Below the pieces are notes generated by a model. That model made no database searches. It worked only from the letters and a program-made list of their open reading frames with translations, and had not been told where the DNA came from. 64,000 nt of DNA from Octopus sinensis (Eukaryota), in NCBI RefSeq assembly GCF_006345805.1, contig NC_043012.1, positions 43,772,001 to 43,836,000 on the forward strand, in the 5' to 3' direction. The translations under genes and the position numbers were made by a program. Shown here piece by piece: positions 12,517 to 25,640 of this stretch. Positions within the stretch are counted from its first letter, which is position 1, and every line of letters starts with the position of its first letter.

Positions 12517-12680
12517 TGTATACTGTCAACATAACGTGACAGTCCCGTCAAGGGAATTACCTCACCGCTATTTAGCCCTAGGATGCATCGGCGCTTCCTG
12601 TCGGCCTTGACACATTTCATGTGTCCTTATATATTTACGAAGGGGAGACAAGCACCCCCAACATTGATATGACCAATTCT
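12517..12680. repeat. Diverged copy of the solo-LTR-like repeat
   Basis: gtgacagtccc...tttagccctagga...gacaca...tgtgtcc resembles 2588-2700 and 57817-57935. Confidence 0.3.
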
Positions 12681-12833
12681 TTCTAGCCTTTATTTTTCCT
12701 CCCTCTGGCTGCTTTTCTCTCCACAAAACGAAAAGTTACATTGCGGAACAGTCATTTTAACGAGTTGTATCTATTTATCACACGACGAGATATATCTGCA
12801 CCACCGGATACTCCTGAAATGTATATATATATA

Positions 12834-12887
<54 letters not shown>

Positions 12888-13299
12888 GAATTTTGTTAAC
12901 ATCTTCGTTCGACTCCATTCTTATACAACACACAAATTTCTACACATGAACCCGGAGTTTCTACTCTTGACAGGTCGCTTCAACCGTGTTTTCTGACGTG
13001 AATTTGCTATCCAGGTTTCGGTTAAATGAATTTTCCATGCTGACGATAAACATAGGATAATTCATTCACCTACTTATATATATATAAATAATTCTCTCTC
13101 CCTGATAATAAACTGCAGATCCTTCTGTAGCGATTTGTTGCTCTATAACTCACGTGGGTGGACGGGGATTAATGCAAAGCCTCATTCGTACTTTTTGAAT
13201 TCGTTAGTACTGACGGTCGAAGATGATTTGTCTGGGATTACTCATATCAGACGGGTGTGTTCGATTTTTAGTGCTCTCAAATTTAAACCTAACGAAATC

Positions 13300-13361
13300 C
13301 TTGGCTGATGACGGAAATGTTGATCTCTATATCTAACTAATCCAGAAACGGCGTTCTCAAG
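13300..13361 (+). ncRNA. Degenerate hammerhead-like motif
   Basis: cttgg CTGATGA cgga...tcca GAAA cggcgt TC tcaag; mismatches in stems II and III. Confidence 0.35.
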
Positions 13362-13549
13362 TAATCGATGTACGTGTGATCTTTCGTTATTTTTTCCCTC
13401 TATACCTACGTGAATTATTTTTGAGTATACATTGTCTGGGAGACTTTTCTTATAGTAGAGGAAATAGCTAAAGTTTTTGGCTGCTATTTCTAAAAGTTCG
13501 GTGTGTGATAAAGTAAATTTTTTTACTGAACCCTAATTATATAACGTAA

Positions 13550-13614
<65 letters not shown>

Positions 13615-13623
13615 CGTAATGTT

Positions 13624-13654
<31 letters not shown>

Positions 13655-13680
13655 TGTATGATTGATTTATGGAATAAAGA

Positions 13681-14191
13681 TCTACAAATCCAATCATATT
13701 TCTAAAACATGTTGGAGGTAAGATGGTAAAAAGTGGTAAGAATTTATTCATGCATACAGTCGTTTCGTATATAGATATAAATTCATTTTAGAATTTTGCA
13801 AATATCATAGCACTCATTAGTGCAGAGAAAAATAATAGGAACTTAAAAAAAAAAGAGCAGAGAAATTGGATCTATGAGTTTCATGTTTATTTGTTCCTAT
13901 CAGTGTGATAGTGATGTGAGTCATGTCAATTACTGTGGCTTAATAATTGACATGACTCCCATCACTATCACACTGATAGGAACAGATAAACATGAACTTT
14001 ATGAATGCAACTTCTCTACTCATTTTTTAAAGTTCCTATTATTTTTTCTCTGCACTGATGAGTACTATGATATTTGCAAAATTCTAAAATGAATTTATTT
14101 CCATGTACTACACAATTGTATACATGAATAAACTTCCTACAACTTTTTAACATATCTCCTCCATTTTTGACAATATGATTGGATTTGTAGA
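13681..14191. repeat. Long palindrome / foldback (~510 bp, 11-nt loop)
   Basis: Near-perfect arms 13777-13932 and 13944-14098; more diverged outer arms extend to 13681 and 14191. Confidence 0.9.
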
Positions 14192-15631
14192 ACTTCGTTC
14201 GAAAATACACTTAATAAACAAATACTACTTTTCATACCTTCGCCAATTTACACCAGTAAACTCTCAGCAAAGTATGAAGAATCAACGTTAGAAATATTTT
14301 TGGAAACCACTCCAATTAAAGGAAGAATCGACATTCAACCGTATATATGTGCATATGTATGTGTAAACACACACACACGCGCGCACACACATACAAATAT
14401 ATATGTATGTATAATTGTATAAGTATATATGTATGTATATAAAAGTGTTATTATATCCTAACTTCATATATATAACTGTCATTCACACTCACTCTTAATA
14501 CTTTCCGGTTGAATCGGAAGTGAATACACTAATGGATGTTGTAATGCATCATTGTTGTGATTCTAACTGTTCTCCATGCACACGATAAATTATAAAATTA
14601 TTATATATTTCCCAAATTACCGCTACACCAGAAATTACGCCAACCTTTGAAATATAGCTAACATTCTTATAGGAATAATCACTTTTGTATGACATTGAAT
14701 AGAAATATTGCAACTCAGTGACATGATATATATTCTGAAAGGAATGAAAGCTATAAAAATACTGACAAGAACTCTTTCCCTCTCCAGAAAAGTACTAAAA
14801 CTATACAGGCTACTAACACCATGCAAGCAATACAAATTCAATAGGAATATAAGTAGACCTCTCCTCGTAGCTGAGAAAATACTGCTTCTATTAATGCAGG
14901 TAATTACTTCAATAAAACTGGTAAAATTAGCAGCAAGATGCTTATATCACTATCAATAATTTTTTCTACAGCAACTGAAAAGCAAAAAAAAAAAATAATA
15001 AATAAATAAAATACTTCACAAGATAAAATCCTAGATTTTCCTCGGAGTTTTCAAATACGGAATGCAATAAATTGTAACTATAGAATAGCCATAAACACCC
15101 ACTTAAAGGTAATTGCTAAATAAGCAATATTGTATTTTAGTGTAATATCACCTAGGAAAAACAATCGTCTCTGCTGCTAACTTGAAAACACGATTTTCTA
15201 CACATAAACATAACTTTAAACATAAAACATTAATATTTTCAACATCTTCAGTGAATACTCCGGTCTTCAACATTAAAGGAGATAGTATCTGCATCCAGCT
15301 TTAAAGGGAATAGGCGTAAGCTTAAATTATGTACACTGGAATACCTCAAAATAATAATCGGTACATTACAACTGCTTAATAGGAAAACTGAATAATAGTC
15401 CCTTGCATCTATTATCTAGTTAAATATAATGTTAAGTAAAAATAGCTAAGTAAAAATATAATGCTTAGTAAAAATAAATAACAAACCTTTGAATTCATTT
15501 GATACGTTTGATTAATTTAATGCTTTAATAAAAAGTATTATTAAATACTTTTAACCTCACAGCAATACCTCCATCCATAAACATGCCTGCATCTTTACAT
15601 ACATACAGACACACACTACATATATGTGTGC

Positions 15632-15675
<44 letters not shown>

Positions 15676-15904
15676 TATATATACATATATATGTGTGTGT
15701 ATGTACATAGATGATGATGATGATGATGATGATGATGACAACGACGATGATAATGATGATGGTGGTGGTGGTGATGGTGATGATGGACTCTCCCACCGAA
15801 GACGACGTATGAATGCTCAGCTTTTGCCGAACGACCTGTTAATAGTGATCAAATTTTCTTGCTGTACATTAACTCGCTTTCTCCATCAAATCGACGTTGT
15901 TTGA

Positions 15905-16062
15905 ACAGGCCACAGTGTGTCATATGTCAGGTGTTGAAGTGATTGCAGTGCAACATGAGATGAAGTGTTTTGCTCAAGAACACAACGCACCACCCGGTCT
16001 AGGATTTGAAATCACCATTGCTAGATTGTGAGTGCAACACTCCAACCACTAAGCCATGCGCC
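15905..16062 (-). mobile_element. tRNA-derived SINE family C
   Basis: Minus strand ggcgcatggcttagtggttggagtg...atttcaaatcct (A/B-box-like head), then ttgtgttcttgagcaaaacactt central-domain-like motif. Confidence 0.65.
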
Positions 16063-16101
16063 CTACTACACACTCTACTACAACTACTACTATACATAAT
16101 A

Positions 16102-16146
<45 letters not shown>

Positions 16147-16150
<4 letters not shown>

Positions 16151-17186
16151 AATAAAATAGAACATATGCATATATATAAACATATATGTACGTACCTACC
16201 TCTACATGTATATATACACGCATATATGTGTACAGGACACCAAAAAGACGTCGAACACATAGAGAGACGAAAAACATAGACACAAACCAAGGAACAAGAC
16301 AAGCAAAAAAAGAGATACAGGACAATAAGCACAACGAAAAACCCCTTCTTCAGTCGCTAAGGTTTCATCTACTAAAACGTTTCGAAGGATAAAAGCGAGA
16401 CGTATACTTCGAAGAAAACTTCCTTCCTGCGAAAAGCAAATCAATTAAAATTCTGAGATCTTTTCGCAGAGGGGTAAAAAAAGCAAGACGGTAACGACAG
16501 TACAAACATATAAACAGTAAAAAATATATATATAAAAAGTGGAAAAATAATATATAACAGTGAGAGACAGGAACAAGGAGAACAAGATAAGAAGGGCTGT
16601 TAACGCCAGACGAAAAAAGTATTGCAAACGCTGGATTATAGTGGACGACGAGAGAGACAAAATGTCGACCAGTAGCCTTAGAAGGCGGGCGAGAAAAGAC
16701 AGGATAGCAGTTACGACGGAAGTATCGTCGCAGATGGACGACGGGAATGGGGAGGAGGAGCAAGAGGAAGAAAGAAGAAGGGGAATGGTGCGAGGAGACC
16801 ATGAAGAATGGTGAAAGGAGAGAGAGAATGAAGAATGAGAGAGAGAGGAAGAGACAAGTTAAGTGAGGGAAAAAAGACGAAAAAGGGAATGGGAGAGAAA
16901 GAAAGAAAGATGCAGAGTCGCGTGAGAGTTAATATCAAGGCTAACTTGATAAACAGAACAATCTTACTTAATAGGGTGCGTGCGTTTAGTCGTATAATAT
17001 GTTAATAAAATAGAACATATGCATATATATAAACATATATGTACGTACCTACCTCTACATGTACATATACACACGCATATATGTGTACAGGACACCAAAA
17101 AGACGTCGAACACATAGAGAGACGAAAAACATAGACACAAACCAAGGAACAAGACAAGCAAAAAAAGAGATACAGGACAATAAGCA

Positions 17187-17190
<4 letters not shown>
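16147..17190. repeat. Partial tandem duplication, probably a Penelope pLTR-type repeat
   Basis: 16147-16330 repeated directly at ~16995-17190. The family assignment is inferred from layout only. Confidence 0.5.
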
Positions 17191-17261
<71 letters not shown>

Positions 17262-17371
17262 GGTGTGTGTATATGATTTGTGTATAGAAGAATATATTGC
17301 TCAAAGAAATTCCAACTTTGATTTTCACGTTATATTTACAATCTTATAATAATATAAAATAATATAAATGT

Positions 17372-17560
17372 GACGAGCTGGCAGAATCGTTAGCACACCG
17401 GACGAAATGTCTTTACGTTCTGAGTTCAAATTCCGCCGAGGTCGACTTTGCCTTTCATCCTTTCGGGTCGATAAATTAAGTACCAGTTGCGTACTGGGGT
17501 TAATGTAATCGACTGGCCACCCTCTCCTAAAAATTTCAGACCTTGTGTCTAGAGTAGAAA
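17372..17560 (+). mobile_element. tRNA-derived SINE family B (tail variant 1)
   Basis: gacgagctggcagaatcgttagc...gagttcaaattccgccgaggtcgactttgcc...cttgtgtctagagtagaaaaga. Confidence 0.85.
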
Positions 17561-17639
17561 AGAAAGTAATATAAGATAATATAATATAATGAAATGATAG
17601 AATATCAAATGTCCATTCTGATTGAACTAGTACTTTCAT

Positions 17640-18830
17640 GCATTAAACTATGCAATCTTCAGGTTCATGTAGTAGTGGTGACAGTTATGCTTTACAATTT
17701 ACAACTGTGGCGTGACGGCTAAAGTGTTTGATTGTTTTTTATACGTTTAAGTGCAGACATTTCGGATTTGTTGATGTTTGACCTAACATCGCTATTGCGT
17801 TTAAGGGGAAGTTTTGACAGAATATCAATGTATTGGTCAAGTCGTAATTTACGACAGAATTTTTGGATATCTTCTTTTAGTTCTTGGTGGTTGACGGTTG
17901 AGTGCAGGTGTAAATTTCAGTTCTTTTGACAGAAGTTGGATTTCATCATTGTCAAGATATCTTTTGGATAAACTGATTATTTTAGGATCTGTATGTTCAG
18001 TTGTTTTGGGCATGTTTCCTCTGGGATTTTTCTTTTTCCAGTGTTTGTTGTCGTGACGTTAAAAAATGGATTTTTCTGTTTATGTCTTATGTTCCTGTTG
18101 ATGTTTGCTTGATGGACTTTGCGTTTTGGTTGTGGTATTTTACTTGGTTTCGTTATGTTTTCTCTCCTGTTTTTAGTATTATGTATATTATTTTTCAATT
18201 TGTCGTTAGTATTCTTTTTAACTACTTGGGGGAATGACCTAGGTTTACTTCGAGAGCTAGATCAGTTTTTGCCCAGTTTCTTGTGGACAATCTCTGTTGT
18301 GGTCTTGAAAACCATCTCCTGTTATTTCCACTCCTAATGTTCTGCTCAAAGGAATATCTATATTGTTTGTGCTTTTTGTTCTTTTTGTGTGCATTAGGGC
18401 GTTTTTGTTCTTATTGTGTGCATTAGGGTGTTTGCATACAAAAAGGTGAACCGAGTGTTCATGTTGCCACGTGTTCTGACGTATGTTATATTGGTGAGAT
18501 TGTCCACTTGTAATGTTATTTTTCAGAGTTCTAGAGTCTTTACCATAACTAGTAGCATATTTGTTGAGAAATAATTGTTTCTGCTGCCATGACTTTCTTG
18601 ATCTGCTTTCTTCTTTTGAGATATCTCTGATCCAGAGTTCTCGCAGTTTTCTGTTATATTGCCAGTCGTTAGTTGGCCATCGACAGCTATGTTTTTGGCC
18701 TTGTAACGGGATTGTTTACACAGGGTAATGGAGATGTTGGTCCTGAATTTTGTCAAGGTAAACTCCCATCGAAGTTTTGTTTCTTCCTCTGGTTTTCCTT
18801 ATAGCAATAGTTATAAAATATACAAGAGAA
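17640..18830 (-). pseudogene. Penelope-like ORF N-terminal fragment
   Basis: Minus strand ...ELKEDIQKFCRKLRLDQY...NINKSEMSALKRIKNNQTL, resembling the region preceding PLE RT; heavily disrupted. Confidence 0.55.
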
Positions 18831-18942
18831 AACCCTCCACAACCTCCTTGATGTCAGAAATAAACGAAAGAAATCTGGAAAACGAAAGACATCGAAAAAG
18901 AAAATAGATGTGGCAGACATGGAAAAAATTTCTTAATATAAT

Positions 18943-19114
18943 AGGCGCAGGAGTGGCTGTGTGGTAAGTAGCTTGCTTACGAACCACATGGTTCCGGGTT
19001 CAGTACCACTGCGTGGCACCTTGGGCAAGTGTCTTCTTCTATAGCCTCGGGCCGACCAAAGCCTTGTGAGTGGATTTGGTAGACGGAAAGTGAAAGAAGC
19101 CCGTCGTATATATT

Positions 19115-19187
<73 letters not shown>

Positions 19188-19400
19188 TTGTTTGTGTGTC
19201 TGTGTTTGTCCCGCTAGCATTGCTTGACAACCGATGCTGGTGTGTTTATGTCCCCGTCACTTAGCGGTTCGGCAAAAGGGACCGATAGAATAAGTACTGG
19301 GCTTACCAAGAATAAGTCCCGGGGTCGAGTTGCTCGATTTAAGGCGGTGTTCCAGCATGGCCGCAGTCAAATAACTGAAACAAGTAAAATAGTAAAAGAG
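18943..19400 (+). mobile_element. Complete bipartite SINE family A (tRNA-like head, TA/TG microsatellite, 3' module)
   Basis: aggcgcaggagtggctgtgtggtaag (A-box-like)...ggttccgggttcagtacc (B-box-like); microsatellite ~19108-19200; 3' module ending gaaacaagtaaaatagtaaaagag. Confidence 0.9.
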
Positions 19401-19439
19401 TATAAGAAAGCAAAACTTCGGGAAGGCATATAAATGTGA

Positions 19440-19783
19440 AAAATATGCCGACATAGATTTCTTTAGCGGCACCCATACTTCCTCGGAAGTACCTAATTAA
19501 AAAAATTGTAAGAGAACCAGAAATTTAATTTATAGCATCAAATGCCCAAATTGTGAAGAACTATATGTAGGTCAGACTGTAAATGCACTCTCAGAACATT
19601 CACGTTTGCACCGACAGCAAATTAGAGACCCAGATACCATTGAGTAACCATCTAGCAACATGCGGTCAGAAAATATTTAAAATATTTCCATTCCACAAAC
19701 AACACAGTCCAAGTGAAATTGAAGGAAAAATCAGAGAAAAGAACTTTATTTATAAATTCCAACCCAAGCTAAATAAACAATAA
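19440..19783 (+). pseudogene. Penelope-like GIY-YIG endonuclease C-terminal fragment
   Basis: RNLIYSIKCPNCEELYVGQTVNALSEHSRLHRQQIRD...LSNHLATCGQKIFKIFPFHK...REKNFIYKFQPKLNKQ*. Confidence 0.85.
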
Positions 19784-20127
19784 TACTAATACTTAGAGGT
19801 ACTATTTCTACTGCTACGACTACTACCCTAACAACAACAATACTAAAGGTGCTTATTATGGTGATAGCAGGAAAATACTAGTTAAGTCGAGAGAAAAATC
19901 AGTAAAACATCTTAATTTTGGATTCAAAGCTTTAGAACCACAGTTACTCCTACCATCACCACCATCAACAACAACAACAACGACAACAATAATGAAGGAG
20001 ATGATGATGATGATAATTGAAATGTAAAAATCCCTGGAAAATGTTGTTTATAACATTTCTAAAAATAGCCCAACAATTACTACACGAACCTGAAGATTGG
20101 ATAATTTAATGCAGATTGGATAATTTA

Positions 20128-20437
20128 ATATTACATCAATTTTAAAATGTAGAGCAATCTTCAGCTGCATAAAAATGTAGAATTTAGTTAAATTCAAAGG
20201 ATTCATTTGTATAGTTATTCTATTAATCAAAATCACTAAGAGGATACGTAGATAGACAAAGAACATGTTTCATCAGCAACATCATAGTTGTTGATGAAAC
20301 ATGTTCTTTGTCTACTTATCCTCTTAGTGATTTTGATTAATAGAATAACTATACAAATGAATCCTTTGAATTTAACTAAATTCTATATTTTTATGCAGCT
20401 GAAGATTGCTCTTACATTTTAAAACTGATGTAATATT
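20128..20437. repeat. Inverted duplication of a Penelope pLTR segment
   Basis: Arms ~20128-20280 and ~20287-20437 around the loop atcata; homologous to 11440-11580. Confidence 0.9.
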
Positions 20438-20483
20438 TGCATTGTTCAATTAAATGGAGTCGCATGAAACGATCGTACTGCAT
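20393..20483 (+). ncRNA. Type I hammerhead ribozyme motif
   Basis: atgcag CTGAAGA ttgc-[~50 nt]-gcat GAAA cgatcg TA ctgcat; canonical core, 6-bp stem I, palindromic stem III. Confidence 0.75.
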
Positions 20484-20529
20484 TACCTCTGGATATCCTT
20501 GTTGCTTATTTTGATTATATATATATATA

Positions 20530-20582
<53 letters not shown>

Positions 20583-20591
20583 GTGTATGTA

Positions 20592-20628
<37 letters not shown>

Positions 20629-21432
20629 CCCTGTATATGTCAATTAAGTATGCTGCATGTCAAGCTATAGATATTGGAGCGTGTGTACGTGCAAACGAAA
20701 GTGTACTTTTGCTTAACTATAAAGAAACCCCCTTTAGCTCTAATATGTGATATCTTAGTTCACTCCGTATCCATTACACCAGATTGGATAAAAGTTTATC
20801 ACGTTTACTATCATCTGATATTATATTCATGCTTTTATAATCATTCCATATGTGTGTGTCTATTCTTCGTATCCCTGCATATGTAGGTATATCCTTCTTC
20901 TTTTATCTTTAATTTTATTTTCAATTGCTTCTATCATTGGATAACAGTCATGGTGAGATACCGCTTCGACGGGTTTTAGTCTAGCAGACTGGACGGAAGT
21001 TTAACACGTTTATTATCATCTATATTGTGATTAGATAACCAATCCCCTTACTATTGCATTTAAGTAATTTATTTGACCCTTATAAAGACAAAGATTGGAT
21101 TCTGCAGTGAAAAATGTGTCTGTTGAACTGCTATAAAGTGACTTAAGGATAATTTTTCGCGTGTTAAACAAACTCTGTTGATTTGTTGATGCAGCAGTGT
21201 GATTGTTAAACGGGCATTTTACTTACTGAGTTATGTTTATATGGTTTACTTGTTTCAGTTATTGGGCTGAAGTCTTACTAAGTCACCGTCATGCAGGGTT
21301 TTTAGTCAAATAAATGGACCCTGTTTTTTTAACCTGGTACTTATTCCTTCTGTCTTCTGCCGAGCCGCTAAGTTTCTGGGACGTAAACAAGCCAACAGTG
21401 GCTTATAGAGTTCTGTAGCAGACACACACACA

Positions 21433-21482
<50 letters not shown>

Positions 21483-21483
<1 letters not shown>

Positions 21484-22344
21484 TGGCTGACGTGCTCGGT
21501 AATTCCCGGGAAAGCGGGGCTTATGCCTTGGTTCCGTTCTCCTAATTGTTTCGCTAATCCAATAACAACAATACAAAAACCTTAAAACGGTTTTTGTGCA
21601 TTTACAGAGAATACCGAACTACCTTACGCAAGATCTTGCTTTTAAGAAATCCCAATAAGTTATGAATACCCAAATTATGAAGTCAGTTATGTAATAACAT
21701 GAAATTAGTTACCCGATAGTAATAATTCAAATAAAGTAGCCCCGAGAAGGGCTTTAATGCGTTCTCAGAGTATATAGAACTTAGGAGGAAATACTAATAA
21801 GGTATGTCTACTAAAATCGTGAAGCATGTTACGTAATAACAGGCTAATCAGATATGAGATAATAACAATTCAAAGTAAATAACTCTGAAAAGGGATTTTG
21901 TGCGTTCCCAGAGAATATTACCCTCAGTGGCGCTAGTGTTGGTATATTCGTGAATAAGTCACTAACCGAAATAAGTGGATCTATTATTTAGGAAAATAAT
22001 ATTTACTTGTTTAAGGGTTGTACTGGATAAATTGCGAAAATAACACTAACAGTTCAAATAGTAAGAAATAAGCATACTCAATTTGATTTATACCAAATAA
22101 TCTAGGAAAATGAATGGGTAATTTCCCTTGGCTGTTAAAATGAAATATGTTAGATTTATATAAGGATCCCTTCCAGGGGCCCTATTATCGATTTTTTTTT
22201 CAACGATCTTAGTATGCTATAATGTTTCCAGACATGAGCTCTACTCACGTGTCGAGTTTCATCAAAATCGATAAAACTATGTAGGAGTTATCTAACAGCT
22301 CCACAAACACACCCACAGACAGAATTTCCCACATATGTAGTAGA
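21483..22344 (-). mobile_element. Non-autonomous Helitron (~860 bp)
   Basis: Minus strand starts A|TCTACTACATATGTGGGAAATTCTGTCTGT...ATCGATTTTGATGAAACT and ends with hairpin cccgg-gaatta-ccgag then cacgtcagCCAG|T (decayed CTAG). A/T insertion site, no TSD. Confidence 0.7.
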
Positions 22345-22424
22345 TACACACACATACACACACACACGCACACACACACACACATACACACGCATATATA
22401 TATATATATGACGAATTTATTTAA

Positions 22425-22570
22425 GTTTCCGTCTACCAAATCCATTCCCAAGACTTTGGTCAGCCCGGCCTATAGTAGAAGTTACTTAGACATGGTGTCA
22501 CGCAGTCGGACTGAGTTTGAAATTATGCCGTTGAGAGCCAGACTTTTACCTCACAGTCATACCTGCGCTT
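22425..22570 (-). mobile_element. SINE family A head, degenerate
   Basis: gtctaccaaatcc...ttggtcagcccgg...cctgcgc matches the reverse complement of the 18943 head. Confidence 0.6.
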
Positions 22571-23328
22571 GTAAGAATATATATAATAAGCGTAAAAAGT
22601 TATCGCCACTCTCGTTTTTATTGTTGTATACAATATTCTATTGACTACAGTGGTTTTTTACCTCAAGTCCAACATTGACCAAAAGTATTCCAGGTGAAGC
22701 TGTCTCGTAATTTTTTTCAGGAACAATATGTCTTGCATACTATCTAATGTGATCAGATATAAAACGGTAGAGAAAAACGTTGTTACAACGTCCTGGTTGG
22801 ATCTTTTCCATTTGTTTTGATCGTAATAACTGCACAATATGGTATGTTTGAGTTTGTGTGTGAGCGTGCGTGCGCGCATATTTGTATGTTTGCATGTGAC
22901 TGAGAGCGTGTCTGGAGATGTGTACATCTGTGTGCATTGTGTATATGAGTTTACACTTATTGCAGCTTCTATCTGGCATATGGTACTGATTCGGTAATCA
23001 ACTTTCTACAAACACAGTCTATGGTCCAGTTTCATTTCTTTACTGCAATTCTTTCTGTATTTCAGAAAAGTATGGACGCCACAATTTTGAAGCTAGTAAA
23101 GGTGTTTAGATTCATGCAAGGCTAAAAGAATTACTTTATCACACTCTGGTATTATAGTATAATTGAATTGGTCTTATATACTGACCATTGGGAATTCCAT
23201 GTATTTGAATATCCATCAGTGCACTCTGTGTAGTTTGGTTTTGTACTTTTATTCTGTATATAGCAGTGTGTGAGTGTGTGTGTGTGTGTTTGCATGTGTG
23301 TGTATGCATGTGTGTTGTGTGTGTGCGC

Positions 23329-23378
<50 letters not shown>

Positions 23379-25640
23379 GTGAGATAAACATCGGAGACAC
23401 TTTGCCTCTGCAGAAACTACAGGAGCTACGCAGAAGTATTGCAAATTCTTCTGAATCCTTCGCAATATCTGGAACCCTGCCGTCTGTTTATGTCCTTATT
23501 GTGCTTTGATATGTTTTGCTTATAATAGTTTCAGTTATGTATGACCATTGTACACGAATTTGTAGGTGCTTTTGTGCTACTTTAGTGTAGAATATATATG
23601 TTAATATGTATACGATTAAACATGTTATATGTAACTCCATAGATTTTGCTGGCCATCCAATTCTCATCCATTTGTACGTTTGTTCCTTCACCATGCCATA
23701 TGATTATATTAAGAGAACCACACTGTCGAAGTGTAATGGCGGCAGCTTTATGAATGAACCTGCTATTTCTCACAGTGTCCCACTTCACATATTTGTAAAT
23801 AGGCGATGTGTGATGATTAAGTTAACTCATTTATAATTGATGAGAGCATTGCTGTAATGGCTGCAAATGTTCTTAGAGACAAAACCAGTTTGATGAGTGG
23901 CGTACCTTAAACTACTTTATGCTGTTAAAGTTATGGTATAATCACTAGCACAGTTAACCTCCTACACAGGACGACTCACAGACGCTCATACGAGAATTAA
24001 GTACAACATTGCTTTGATAAAGGATTATGTTCAATCAAAAGCACCTCCCACAAAATTCTAGTTTTAATTAACCCAAATATTGTAACATGGAATTATTACA
24101 ACAGAACGAAAGGGAAGAATAAATGCTACTCGTCAGTTTTTATTCTTTTCTATGTTGTTTCTTTTCTTCATTTCTTCCCTCCTCCCTACTTCCTCAATGA
24201 CTTTCAGTTTTTTTTTTTCATTTCATTTTCTTTATTTCTCTTTATTTTTGGTTCTCATCTCTCTTTTTTCTTACTGCTGGACAGTTTGACTACATTTCAA
24301 CTTACTACTATATCTTTCTTCTTTCATTTGATTTGTAAAAAATTATTATTTCCTTTCCGACTCATATTTTCGTCTATAATTTTCTCCTTTTATCAGTTTC
24401 TTTTATTATTTTTTCAAGTTCCTCTTCTCTTCAAAATATTCTGTTCTACTAATCTAGTAGTATTTTCTTTTAATATGTTTAAATTTTTTGCTTTCAATTT
24501 TGTTCTAAATTTCTTGGAAATTCTTTTGTTCTTTGTTTTGTAACTGTTGTTTAAATATAATTTATTTTCCTTCTTTCTGCTTTCCAAGTCTTTCTATTTT
24601 CATATTTTCTCATTACTACTTATTTTACTTTATTCTCCTTTCTACTGTTCATTGCAGCAATCTTCTAGTCTTCTCTTGATATCTCTCTTCACTCATAGCT
24701 AAGTTACTCTTTGTTGTAGAGGGGACTCGTTATATTTAAACATTGGAAATATCCACAGCCAACAACATCAAATAGGTTTGTTTGCACAGCGGTTCTGTCC
24801 CGGTATGTGTACTTTGTTTTTGCTTTCCGTTTTTGTCTTATTTTTTGCTTGTATTGTTATTACTTGCCTGTATTCCCATGTTCCTATTTGCATATGTACA
24901 TAGCTTTAAGCACACACAGCATTAAACATATTTTTGACACTGGCAAATGTGTGCCAACCATATTGCATTACATCCCGGCGAATCTGTGCTACAATTTCCT
25001 ATTCACCACCACCTAAACCAATAGCAATAGTTCTACCATCACCGAATCACCACCACTTCCAACACTACTGTCACTAAAACTAAAATCACAGTCACAGATT
25101 TCACCACCTCCACAAATAAACCAAGCACCACAACTAATACCGACACACACTAACGCTACCACATCCATTCTATTGCTAACAATGGCGAAATTTTTTTATT
25201 AATGCCTCTTTATATTTTTTTTCTTCGGTTAGTGATAGAAACACTAACAGACAGACGAGGTGGCTAGTTGAAATATATATGCGAATAGAATGACAGGGAA
25301 TGTGAGAGCGTTTGATAGAGACAGACTTCGTTATACAGATGAAGATATATATATCTATATATCTATATATATCTATATATATCTATATATATCTATATAT
25401 ATCTATATATATCTATATATCTATATATATCTATATCTATATCTATCTATATATATATATATATATATATATGTACATATATACATATACACATATATAT
25501 ATAAATACATCAATATACATATACATATATACATATACATATATATACACATACATATATATACACATATATATATATATGCCTATATATATGCATATAT
25601 CTTATAGATATATATATATACATATATATATATATACATA

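Noticed and set aside
16340-16400. CTGAAGA and GAAAcg on the minus strand
   Set aside because: The order and stems do not close into any hammerhead topology.
18943-19030. tRNA-like A/B boxes here and at 17372, 42101, 16062 and 57311
   Set aside because: They are SINE heads followed by SINE bodies; no complete cloverleaf was found.
23582-23836. Protein-like 68-76-aa ORFs on both strands
   Set aside because: Open on both strands with no recognisable homology; within chance expectation. Kept only as part of the candidate-exon island.
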